From contig CBDBCZ010000010.1 of the NCBI GenBank assembly GCA_965203295.1, forward strand, positions 128,001 through 192,000: a DNA stretch of 64,000 bases, written 5' to 3'. The notes under the pieces were generated by a model. It saw nothing but the letters and a program-made list of their open reading frames with translations, searched no databases and was not told where the DNA came from. Numbering within the stretch: the first letter of the stretch is position 1; every line of letters begins with the position of its first letter. Shown one piece after another: positions 12,905-24,789 of this stretch. The translations under genes were made by a program, and so were the position numbers. This DNA is from Nitrospirales bacterium (GTDB lineage: Bacteria; Nitrospirota; Nitrospiria; Nitrospirales; UBA8639).

Positions 12905-15900
12905 TTATGTTTCCCTACTGCTCTGTGATTGGAAAGTCTCCCATTTCGTCACAATCTATATATGAAGGAAAAACGGCAGTTATAAGATGTAGATGTAGTA
13001 CATGTTCAGCCTCATATCCATTCAGGCTTACTTTGGATATGAATGCTTGAGGATATACCACAACATCATAATGTATATACCTCATAGATTGATGAACGTT
13101 TCTTGTAGCTCCTTTTTATGCAGCACATTGCCACTTCTTGAAACTGCTGTGCTGTGACCTGGGTGCACGGGCCGGCTTTCTTATCATACAGCGACTCAAA
13201 ATCGCTAGTCTCTTCACAGTGATCGGCCTATAAAGCATAGATAATAAATAATGGTACTGAATGGCAAGCGTGCATGCTCTCCATGCAGTTTATTATGCAG
13301 GCTTTAGAACAGTCTAGTGAGAAGTGTCTTATTGTGTGTGCTGACTCACATGACCACCCTGTATATGCCACCTGGCCTATAAGGGCTGTGGTTACTTATT
13401 GGTCTGATTCTCAGAGAAGTGAAGCCTATTCAAAACTTGCTGTGGTTTCTGATTGTTTTGAGGTCATATAGTAGCATGAAGCTGTGGTTATGATGTGTTG
13501 AGTTTGTTTTCATTGACAGCTGTATAGCTATATGTTTATGTTCTCTAGTCTAGGTTTGTGTAGTCACCTAGTCATGCTAGCTACTCATGTGATATCCTGT
13601 CACTTGATCCTACCTGACTCTACAATGTATTTTCACCTAAGTAATTTCTTTTAGGCCATTACTTTATATTCACCATGCAATCAAACTTATTCCTGAATAG
13701 TATGTTTACAACACATTGTTTCATTCTCTTGCTTGAGTTTTTGGGCTATGTATTAGATCATTTTGTTTGTGTTAAACACAATTGCGCTTTGCATTATACG
13801 AGGATCCAAATTACTTTGATCTGTGATGAAGTCTACGACAGCATGCATGCTATCAAAGAACTTTGCAGTTGTAGTATATACATACCAGGCAATTGTCATC
13901 TCTCTCTTCGGAAAATGGCAACAATCCAGTGTAAGTCTCCAGTACTACCTGATGTGGACATTCAAATTAATACACTTAAATATGACTATCATAATCCTCA
14001 AGTTCAGTAGTTACTAGCTAAAATAACATGCACCCTTAACTTACCACACCATATGCGTAGACGTCGCTGAATGTGCTGAATTTCTGGAACTGATATTCTG
14101 GGGCCATGTATCCCGGAGTGCCCGGTAGACCATGACCAGGTGCAGCAGTTATCAGCGTTTTTCCTCCAACCACTTGGGATAGCTCGATTGAAAAACCGAA
14201 GTCTGCAATTTTTGCTACCCAATGCTCATCAAGGAGGATGTTTGAGCTATGTATAAAAATAATCCATATGCGATGTCAATACACTTTCAGGTGCAGTTAA
14301 CTTGGGAATGCAGTTAACTTGAAACATTAATTAGTATACTATTTTCATTTTCTGACTTACGAATTCACATCATGATGAATGACAGGTGGCATGGCAGCAT
14401 GCAGGTACGCTATACCACTAGCCGCATCACACAGAATTGATACACGCTGTTTCCATGTGAGAGCTTTCTCGACCTAATGTTGGGAGAAGAAACAATAATT
14501 CATTTTGCATGACGTCATCTATTAATGATCGGGGTCCATGTACCTTCCAGCGATGCAGTCGGTGGTGAAGGGACAAGTTTTTCATGAACGGCAGTATTAG
14601 GGCTGGTGGGTCCTGACAGTACCCCGTTAAAGATATTATATTAGGATGACGGAACCTGTACAAATGTTGTAATGTAATACCACTACATGCATGCACGTTC
14701 TAATGATTGTAATGGGAAACAAACCGTGTCAGTGCTGCAACTTCAGTCTGCAGTTGCGTAGCTGTTTTCACCCGTAGGAGCTCAATACCACGCTGCATTT
14801 GTGCATATATGGACAATGTATCTCTAACAAGCTATACAATCATGTATAATATGAGCTAAATTTCTGATTACCTCATGCAGCACCTTTATGGCTACATCAG
14901 TACGACGAAGTGTGGCTCTGTATACTTTCCCAAACCCCCCTTGTCCAATCTTCTTTGATGCATCAAAGCCACTGGTTGCATCTTCCAGCTCAGTACGAGT
15001 GTACACCATCACTCCACCTTGTTAACAGTTACATACGTGATGTGCATATAATAATACATTCCTTATTCACTTCCGCATTGATAGGCTAACACACCTGCAA
15101 CCATCACTGCAGGAGGGTCAGTACTTGGAACATCCTGTGTCTCATGATCAACAACTGCAGATTGCTGCTGGGATAGTCTGCTCTTGCTATTCAGTGCAGG
15201 TGTGGTAGCTATAGAGAGATTGATTATACAATGACCTGCACAATAGTTACCAATTGCCTAGAATGAATACCGTAAGTAATTATGTTACACAAACTAACCC
15301 TTAGTTGCACTTCTCACTGAAGAGCTCATTGACAAGGGGGATTTCTGTTCCTCGGATTCACTGGAATGTATCTCAACTTGATAGGAAGAATGAAATATAG
15401 TGATAGTATGCATATATACACACGACTTATGATATACCTTCTGGAATAACGCTGATGTAGTGAGAAGAACACTCTGCAGTCATGATGTTGTGCTTCACAC
15501 GACAATCATACACCCCTGGCTGGTTCACCCACAGCACACACGAATTGCAGCCAACTCTACGCCGGCAACCCTCCACACATATGTGTACTTCAAACAGTGG
15601 CCAGACGCAACACGAAGATAGGAAGAGCAGGTCCTCCCTCCTTCAGGATTATTTCATAATGGCTCTGGTGGACTACCTGAAATTTTGCTGTAAATAACAT
15701 TAGACTATGAACACTAATCTGTATGCATTGCATGCGCAAACATGCATGCATGCACATGCATACTTACGAGAGAGATCATCATACACGGTGAATGTGCCAT
15801 CTTCCGCGGCTGTCAGCAATGGGTTGCCATCTAAAGTAACAGAGAGTGCACTTAAGTTTATTGTTACTTGATAATATTAGTATAGGTGCTTAATGTTCCA

Positions 15901-17424
15901 ATACGCACATATTGATATAATTTCTTACTTCTTTCTATTTGCACTACTTGATATCGTATGGGCTCTGGCTGCCAGGGAATGGTTTTATCCATCATCTGTA
16001 AGGCAACAGTATCGCTGGACACTTCATTCATTTCCTTGAAAATTTCCTTCCGCAGGAGTGATTCCTGTATATCCAGTCCCTGAGCTCCAATCTCTGCAGC
16101 ATAGTGCACTGCATGTACATGAAATAAAACATTAAATTGTGATACAGCCATATACATAACTCATCAAACAGGATCAGCTTAGCATGGATACCTTCAATTT
16201 CACATTGGCTTTCTTTTTCAGCCTCGAGCTCCTTTCTGATTCCTATATAATTGTCAACAATATGCAGTGACAATGTGCTAATATGTATAAACTTTTGTAT
16301 TCACTGTACCAGTAGACTTCGGCTTGTGTCTTGTCTTGCCATGATGATCAGGAGCCCCTGTGTATAGTCGTGCATGTTGATAACATTAATAACACCACAT
16401 ACATGCATGTTTGTACCTGAGGTAGCCTTCCGCTTCCTGCCTGCGATTCTCAACTGCTTAACCAATTTCTTAGTCGCTATTGTGATCAACTATAATAATA
16501 ATTTTATGCATGTACTAAAGTTTAGCTAAGTAAGCAAACCTTGAGCTGTAGACCTTGATCTGGATGCAGCTGAAGGATCCTATGTTCAACAGTTTAAGAA
16601 TTTATTGCTAAAATCTTTACTCTCAACTAGCTATCGGTGTAATATAATCGATTCACCTTCACACAGTAGCCAATTGCTAGCTTGATGGGGTTGCCCTGGC
16701 GTCTGAATGACTTGAAGGTCTTCAGGTAGTTTTGGATGCTCCATGTTTCCTCTTCTCCGGATTCAGCCTCTATGGGTGCATTGGGAATCATGGTACCATC
16801 TACTCGGTACAGGGCTATGTGCAGTTCCTCTTCAGAGTCAGACGAGTTTGACTCCTCTGGATTCAGCTCTACAGTTGAAGCTGCTACATCACACGCCTCT
16901 TCGTAAGTGGCATCTGTCCTCAGTCGGACCTCGATATAATTCTTACTCTTAGAAATTCCCCTTCTTGTCCTGTTTAATTTGCACATACTGACCTACATAA
17001 AAAAATCATTGTACTTTGAAGTTCATGGCTATTGCAAGCATGAAACCGGTTCTAGCTTACAGTGACATGGTCACTTTTTGCAGTGAGTTTAGCCTTTTTT
17101 GCAGCTTTCCCATGATGCTGAATCGACTCAAAGCGGCTTGCTCTCTGAAGTGCCTTGGCTCGTTTTTCAATGCCAGAGTAGTGCACTATTTAATAGAAAG
17201 TTCATCAGCATAAATATACTACAGCTAATGCATCATACACTTCCACCGGCACAGAGCTAGCTACCTATCAAGATACCTGGTTGCAGAGAACGGGATGAGC
17301 AAGCGGAATCTTGTATAGGCGAGGAAAAGGCTTCCAGCTTCTTGCTGATTTCTTCTCTAAGCTCTTTCACTCCGGCATCCGGGACTCTCATTAGTTCTTG
17401 CTTCTGCGCTTTCTTGCTAGCCAT
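12905..17424 (-). CDS. Multi-exon second gene of the IS3EU element: unknown N-terminus, possible Ig-like exon, C-terminal IRAK/Pelle-like Ser/Thr kinase; at least one frameshift
   Basis: Kinase exons: YTRTELEDATSGFDASKKIGQGGFGKVYRATLRRTDVAIKVL (14872-15012), FRHPNIISLTGYCQDPPALILPFMKNLSLHHRL, LTWKQRVSILCDAASGIAYLHAAMPPVIHHDVNS, SNILLDEHWVAKIADFG...GTPGYMAPEY..FSTFSDVYAYGV, VVLETYTGLLPF, DKKAGPC...AMCCIKRSYKKRSS, IVTKWETFQSQSSRET*. GT-AG boundaries seen; ATG at 17424 (MASKKAQKQ). Joining of the upstream exons to the kinase is inferred. Confidence 0.8.
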
Positions 17425-17516
17425 CCTGCCACGTGGGGGTGCTCGCAATGCAGTCGGACTATAATTGACCTGCCTAATTTGCCCCACCCACAGGAAGACA
17501 TGGGCGTGTTGAAGTA

Positions 17517-17769
17517 AGTCGCGTGGGGCAAGAGCAAGTCGCATGGAAAAAGAGCAAGTCGCGTGGAAAGAGAGCAAGTCGCATGGAAAAAGAGCAAGTC
17601 GCGTGGAAAGAGAGCAGGTCGCATGGAAAAAGAGCAAGTCGAGTGGAACGAGAGCAAGTCGCGTGGGACGAGAGCGAAGTTGCGTGGGACATGTAGCAAG
17701 TCGCGTGGGACGAGAGCGAAGTTGCGTGGGACATGTAGCGTGGGATGAGTGGCCGTCTCGGCCACGGTA
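17517..17769 (-). repeat. Right subterminal array and TIR of the IS3EU element
   Basis: AGCAAGTCGC(G/A)TGG units ending in ...GAGTGGCCGTCTCGGCCACGGTA. Confidence 0.9.
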
Positions 17770-18992
17770 AGTTATAAGCTATATATTATGTCCATGCATG
17801 TAACATACATTTGCTTGCTTAGCAGTGTGCAGTGGCTCATACCTTTCTTTTTGTATGCACTGTTTATGAGCTGGAATGTAAGATACCAGATAAAATTTGG
17901 CAGACTACTGTGACAGAGAGCAGCACAAAACCCATCCACTCTCCCATCCACTCTTTTCGGTGGAGAGCAATGCCCTTCAGCTCTATATCTTGAAGTTTGT
18001 ATTTCTTTAAGTTTAAGGAGACACAACTGGGTTAGCACTGTACATGTTGCAAGTTTAGCAAGAACAGTATACTTAAATTAATTTTCTAACTATGGTACTT
18101 TTGCGGTGGCATTTTAGTATTGTCCACATTGGCAAAAAAGAACAGGTGTGAGTATTGTTATGAATTGGTGGAGTTAGATCAGTGCTTGTGCTCTACATTA
18201 ACTCTTCAGGCATGTTCTACTTCACTCTGGGGAATCTACATCCGAAGGTTTGCTCAAACTTCAGTCCATTCAGCTCCTTACTGTTGTAGAAAGAGAGCAA
18301 GTCGCATGGAAAAAGAGCAAGTCGCGTGGAAAGAGAGCAGGTCGCATGGAAAAAGAGCAAGTCGAGTGGAACGAGAGCAAGTCGCGTGGGGCATGTAGCA
18401 AGTCGTGTGGGACGAGAGCGAAGTCGCGTGGGACATGTAGCGTGGGATGAGTGGCCGTCTCGGCCACGGTAAGTTATAAGCTATATATTATGTCCATGCA
18501 TGTAACATACATTTGCTTGCTTAGCAGTGTGCAGTGGCTCATACCTTTCTTTTTGTATGCACTGTTTATGAGCTGGAGAGTAAGATACCAGATAAAATTT
18601 GGCAGACTACTGTGACAGAGAGCAGCACAAAACCCATCCACTCTCCCATCCACTCTTTTCGGTGGAGAGCAATGCCCTTCAGCTCTATATCTTGAAGTTT
18701 GTATTTCTTTAAGTTTAAGGAGACACAACTGGGTTAGCACTGTACATGTTGCAAGTTTAGCAAGTACAGTATACTTAAATTAATTTTCTAACTATGGTAC
18801 TTTTGCGGTGGCATTTTAGTATTGTCCACATTGGCAAAAAAGAACAGGTGTGAGTATTGTTATGAATTGGTGGAGTTAGATCAGTGCTTGTGCTCTACAT
18901 TAACTTTTCAGGCATGTTCTACTTCATTCTGGGAATCTACATCCGAAGGTTTGCTCGAACTTCAGTCCATTCAGCTCCTTACTGTTGTAGAA
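17566..18992. repeat. ~700-bp tandem duplication of the IS3EU right end plus flank
   Basis: ORFs 17772..18038 and 18474..18740 are near-identical (offset 702); second TIR ends at 18471, followed by the same AGTTAT. Confidence 0.92.
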
Positions 18993-19614
18993 ATATGGCT
19001 AATATCAAAGTAAAGCATGGGTGTGATCCTCAGGTCAATTCTGTAGGATATGAAGAAATTTGAGCAGTTACACATACACAGTATTTTTTAAATGGCACCT
19101 ATATTGAACTCAAATTTGCCATACCGGGATATAACTTCACTACCCAGGGATCTTCATTGCTTTTTACGGGTACAGTATCACTAAAATCAGCTAACAACCC
19201 AGCAAGCCACCTACTGGGTGGTTTCAAAAATGGCTCTGCAGCTTTTCAAAAGTATCAGCTAGTGCATGTCTACAGGTGACACTGTGCACCAAGGTATGTG
19301 GTACAAATAGTTTCCCTTACATCTGTTTATCTACCTAATTTCATACACCTTAAATTACTCTTTCTCCTCCCTCTCCCCTGTTTGAGTCAAGGTATGTTGA
19401 AGGGTATTTGTGTATTAGTTATATCACCCTCACAAGTAAAGGTGCTGTTGACGTATAAGCCAGACACCTGAGGGCGCATAGCTCCCAAGGAGATGGTTAT
19501 ACAAAGTGCAACATCTTGGAGAATTGAGAGATTTATAGATGTGATATAACTACTCTTCACGTGATATAGCACAGTTGGGGGGAAGGGTATATTGCTGAAT
19601 TGTCCTCCATAAAC

Positions 19615-22600
19615 CAGGGGCAGATCTAGAATTCTGAAAAGGGGGGGATAACAAAAAAGGTTGCATGTCAAACGTATTTCCGTAAGCAAAGTGGAAAGTT
19701 TTTTATCCTCAGCATCTATACATGCTGTCATGCCAGACCAGTGGTGGTGGCCTGTGTTGGATAAACTATTACAAATGTGCTGCAAAGTAATAATAAAGCA
19801 TAGCACCTGAAGTACTGGCTAAACAATTATACTTTCTGTCATTGAAAGGGTCTACCAGCAACATGCGTCGTTGATGTTGACAATTTCACATTGCGATGAT
19901 CATACAGCAATGCTTAGCCACTGAGCCTGTCCTGTCACATACTGCTTCTGAGTGGTGATTTCATCAACTTTGGCATGCTGATTGAACGCTCACATTTGCA
20001 ACTAATAGGAAGGGTTGCCGTTATCCTTAAAAGCACAAGAATGTTTGGATAGAAATCACTGTCAATGCGTCGTACCAAAGCCTTTTCTGGAGTATTGAGT
20101 TTAGAGGCAAGCTGAGGTTCAGCTTTGCATTTGTGCTGCCACAGGTAAAGCTTAGAAGGAAAAGAGATAGCACAGGGAAGGTCATCTTCATACAACTTCA
20201 AAATGTTCTGAAAGTCTCGTTGATATGTTTAACTGGTACTAGTACTAGCAGTGATTATGAATGGTAATAAGCGCATGAACTCACACTGTGATGAAGATTC
20301 ATTAAACTGAGTATCCAGTTCACTGAGCCAGTGATCCAACAGTGGAATTGTAAGGTTAAGGCGGTAGTAATCGGTGCAATTTGGTTCCAGAATATTTTGA
20401 CGATGCTGCTGCCGACTTGCAAGTTGTGGGATGGACTCCTTGATGCCAACACATCGTGCAATTTGGAAAGCTTGGGTATAAATCATGCAAGAGTGAAATG
20501 AGATCACAAACCATTCAAAGAGTAGCCTTTATCGTTTCTACTTCGCGATGGGCACGAGACACATCAAAATAAGGGCCTTGTAGCTTCACGCTCAACCCCT
20601 TGGTATATGAAAGAACCATCTGAGTTGCTACTAATGTCATAATGAATGAAAAATGTGATATGCCCAATAGAAGTGATTGAGCATCCGATCGAGTATCACT
20701 GTTCCACTCCACAGTGGAACTGCTTCCAATAGCCTCTAAACAACTGATTGTGGGCAGGAAGAGATCAGAAAAACTTCAAGGGCTTCGTGGCGCTCCACCC
20801 ACCTTGTTCTGCACATTTTCTTCAACTTTTTCCTCTCCTCCCGCTCAATAATATCATCTATCCAGGGTTCTAGAGCAAGTTGCCGCTTATGCGAGTTTCT
20901 GAAGAAGCGCGCCACTGTATCTGCTGTTCGCATCATGTTGCTAACCTCCCGGATACTACAGCATTTCACTACACAAAGATTCAACCGATGTGCAGCACAG
21001 TGGGTAAACACGGCTTTAGGATAGAGGGAGGTTATACGCGCAGCTGCACCTTTGACTTGCCTGCCATTGCACCTGCACCATCAAAGGCTTGGCCTCAAAG
21101 AAGTAGTGGCTCTAACTGCTATTTCACTAGCTGTGCAGGAATATATCCAGCAATGGCCTCAACAGTAACACCAAAGCAACACGCATGAAACCCCATGTAT
21201 GGAGAGCCGTCTTCAACAAAACGAATGCTTATGGAAAGTTGTTCATCATTTGCTGAGTCAGTGGCTTCATCAGCAATGATAGAAAAGAATCAGAAAAGAA
21301 TCGAGCTTTTTGAATCCTTTGTAGGATTATGATACTATCACCAAACCTTATCATTTCATTTTGAACTTCTTTGCTGGTATACATTGCATTACGGCCAGTT
21401 GTCTCCAAATGCTCCTGCAGCATTTGATCCCCAGCATCTATGGGAAATGCGAAAGTGCTTGGAAATGACCACGGCTATTTGAAACTTCATTCATCAATAC
21501 AGGCCCATCATCACAATGGTCTCTCAGGGTAATTACTTGTTGCCCACAGAAGATGACTGTCGCAGCAACTGATTGCAGCTTCAAATGATTTGCAGCAATA
21601 AGGTTAGCTCTCCTGGAGCTGATTTGTTGGTCAATTGCAATTACCCGATTCTCCATCACAGCACAGAATGCCATTGCTCTCTCCAAAGCAACCTTGTGAG
21701 ACTTTCACGAGCTTGAACAAAAGTGCTCATTCAGTTTAGTGGTAGTTCTTAAAATTTGTCAGTGGTCGCTTTACCAGTACACCTAATTTTTTCACTGACG
21801 GTTCACATCAGAGGAGGTCAGACAAGCTATGTAACCAAGCAGTAATTGATGAAGTTCCGTGTGACCGGAAAGGGAGGGGAAACAATGCACGCAAAATGTT
21901 ACTATGAACTGCAGTGTAAAGCATCGCCTCGTGCTATGTATAGCAGCGTTTGAAGGTTTGTAGGCCAAGCTACAGCAAATGAAGGTAGTCTTGTGTTGCC
22001 TAGATGACGAAAACTTGGTAGGCAGCCAGCTGTCTCCCCGAGGGCCGTGGGGTACCTTTACCGTCTGCTCTTTGTCGCAGTGTGCGTTTATCAGCCTGCT
22101 GTTGCATATTCCCTGTCGGGGACCCTATCAAGTGCTTTCCTGATGACGCCTCGTGTCTTTCAGCCATTCTGGAACGTCACTCAAAAGAGGCCACAGCATT
22201 TTGCCTCCAAAGGCAACCAAGGTGTCAGAATCACAAACACCAGCAGTAAATTTTTCTTGCTTTCAACTCGTACTTCAAAGCGGCTGGTTTGGGCCGAGAT
22301 GCTTAAATCGTAGACTTTTTTCACTATGGAGTTTGCTATACTTAGCTGCTCAATATCCATTGATTGGATTTCGATTGCATATGTCATGTGATTTTCATTA
22401 GAAAAGGTCAACCTTGGCTGACCTTCTCTGGGCTCACATATTGCAAATAGCACACAATATTCGCAGTACCCACCACCTTCTACCTCAGAAAATACCAGTC
22501 CTTTGTACTTGTCCAGCCAGCTGCTCTGAAAATGTTTATGTGGGTCACCAAACGTACGACTGGGGAAATGGTAGTCCTTGCTTGGTACAGAGTGATTTTT

Positions 22601-22987
22601 AAGGAGAAAGCATTTCTCTATCAGGAAGATCCCTTTGTGCTTGCAGCTGCACAACTCAGCCAAAAGTCTGCTGAATTTACAGCTGGGTGGAGATCGCTAC
22701 CAGCAGGCTCTTGAGGTGCAGAGGTCTTATCACTCTGTTCCTTGTCACCATCCTTGTGATCTTCTGGGACCTCTTCCTCTCCAGCTCACTCTCTTTAAGG
22801 ACGGCTGCTTTCACTCAGCTGCTCAGTGCTCAGCATACACGTGGAGCCTTAGTGGTCTCATTGGAATATTAAACAGGAACCCGAAGCGCATGTGTCATAC
22901 ATGCATACTGCTGAAAATGGTAAAGAGTGGATCGGAGAGGGGGGAACCGGACCCCTTGGCACCCCCCCCCCCCTGGATCCACCACAG
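19615..22987 (-). mobile_element. Decayed hAT transposon (THAP12/P52rIPK-like transposase)
   Basis: TTF-type zinc finger (FQSSWL..Y..LVFSEVEGGGYCEYCVLF), YTSKEVQNEMI, HCAAHRLNL, MCRTRWVERHEA, hATC dimerisation region (FYPNILVLLRITATLP..CERSIS); GC-rich CAGGGGCAGATCTAG / CTGGATCCACCACAG ends. TSD not confirmed, so boundaries are approximate. Confidence 0.85.
21809..22430. mobile_element. 622-bp non-autonomous TIR element inside the hAT zinc-finger coding region
   Basis: TIR CAGAGGAGGTCAGACAAG / CTTGGCTGACCTTCTCTG; flanks GGTTCACAT (21800-21808) and GGCTCACAT (22431-22439). Removal restores AICEPSVKKLGVLVKRPLTNFK. Confidence 0.85.
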
Positions 22988-23746
22988 TATACTTAGTGAC
23001 CATCTAGAAATTGGCTATATATGAATATTTAGTATCTGCCCACCCTTAACTACCATCCACGTGAGCTAAATATATAACTAAGTAGAAAGGTTCAGAGAAC
23101 ACATACCCTGTCAGTATACAAGATGCCATCGATACTTATGTGATATATAATTATGTGACCACGTCCGGTTTTGCTATACGTATTGTAACGTATGGCAGCT
23201 GCCAGCTCTGGAAGGGCAGCTACTTTGCACAGCTGTATCTCAAAATGTATTTGGTTTCTGTGAATGAATTTTACAGATGTTGTAGCACGTTTCTTGAAGT
23301 CCACAAATACAGACTGACAAGTTGGGACCGCACTCCCGAAATGATGCCTGGACCACCACATCCCACGAAAAGCTGCTTTAGCCTACTACTCACTGTTTCT
23401 GAGCTGCGGTCATGTCCAACTCAGGGGTTACAAGCTTTTCCACCGCAGGGCTAACATTGAATTTGGGGAAAATGTGGAGCAAAGTGAGTTGTTTCCGCAA
23501 AACCTTCAACACATGCACATGAATTTGCAATAAGTAACTCAGTATATATCTCACTCACCCTTGTTACTTAGGTTACTAGAAGTCATTATGAGTCATATTG
23601 ACTTCCCTTTGGGTAAAAGGCTGGTGTGACTCATACCGACTTCCCTTAGGGTATTAAACGATTTCATCCAATCAGACTATCATGCATATAGCTACTGCTA
23701 TGTGTAGCTGTACTTTACACAAATACATTCAGGCACAATATTATAC

Positions 23747-23947
23747 ATTCTGGCTTTATAATGGAGAAGCTGAGGCCGCTAAAACGTTGAGGTAGGAGGG
23801 GCTGCTTCAAAGAAGCAGATGGGAGGGGCTCAATACTGTCTTCCGGGGGGAGGAGCTCTGAATTAACCCCTGGATAGGCGGTCCAATTGCACATACCGAG
23901 GCAAGATGGCGAGTAAGGACAAACGGCCTCCATTATAAAGCCAGAAT
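23747..23947. repeat. 201-bp MITE-like segment with perfect 20-bp inverted ends
   Basis: ATTCTGGCTTTATAATGGAG ... CTCCATTATAAAGCCAGAAT; no TSD evident. Confidence 0.65.
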
Positions 23948-24789
23948 TGGAATCGTTTCAGCTCTTCTGCACGCTGCAGCGGGGTGGTTGCGTACCATCA
24001 TGCAATCATGCGTCTGATGTAGCATTGTGTAAATCCACTAAGTAATTTACCCATGTGGGCGTACATGGCTTTCTGCACTCAGGTAACACACCTCTGTTAC
24101 CGATGGCAAAGTGTATACTGCTGTGGTTTGTTTGTGACAATGTGCATCATGGAGGTGAACACTATGCTGTACAAGTAGATGCCAGATACCAGTACTGGAT
24201 AAGCCAACATTTCATGTACTTCTCACTAATGAGTGATATTGCTCATGCCATTCTTCAACTCATACGCCGAATTAACCAAGACATCAAACAGGTTTGGTAG
24301 GCTGATGATGCCATAGTTAACCAACATAGGATTCTGATAGGACATACTAGTATTCATCACCCTCGTATATATGGATACCATGTCAATACATCAAAAACCT
24401 GGCTTGTTGGTAAGGAACCTTATCTTTCTGCTGCCATTTCTTCCTTTGGAGACACCCAGGTAAACCTTACTAAATCTCGGTGCCACCTTAGGCACTCTGA
24501 CTTACCGACCATTACAAAAGAGAAGGGTGCATCCAACTGGCTGACTGCCTTTCCAGTAGAGGAGTTTGGTTTGGCGCTTCATAAAGGCACCTTTTGTGAA
24601 CACTACCACTGCTCTCCAAAATATGCACTAACTCACAGTGACTGTGGTGACCCCTTCTCAATGGACCATGGCCTCCCCTGCCCTGAGGGAGGTTCATCAG
24701 GGGAGGAGACAGCTACCAAAAAGTGGGGGGGCTCAAGGTGGGGAATGTGGCCCTGCGCTGCAAGCATGCACGAAGTGGTATAGCATGAG

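Larger units (their letters stand above)
10084..17769 (+). mobile_element. IS3EU-type DNA transposon, 7686 bp, two convergent genes
   Basis: Termini TACCGTGGCCGAGACGGCCACTCATCCCACGCTACATG... and its reverse complement ...CCACGGTA; 6-bp TSD AGTTAT at 10078-10083 and 17770-17775; inverted subterminal 20-21-bp arrays. TAY..RTA ends with a 6-bp TSD characterise IS3EU. Confidence 0.88.

Noticed and set aside
10084..17769. Tc1/mariner (TA TSD) or Harbinger (TWA TSD) classification
   Set aside because: A perfect 6-bp duplication lies outside the TA, and the transposase motifs are IS3EU-type.
17772..19013. Duplicated 88-aa and 63-92-aa ORFs as a gene family
   Set aside because: Products of the tandem duplication; no recognisable domain.
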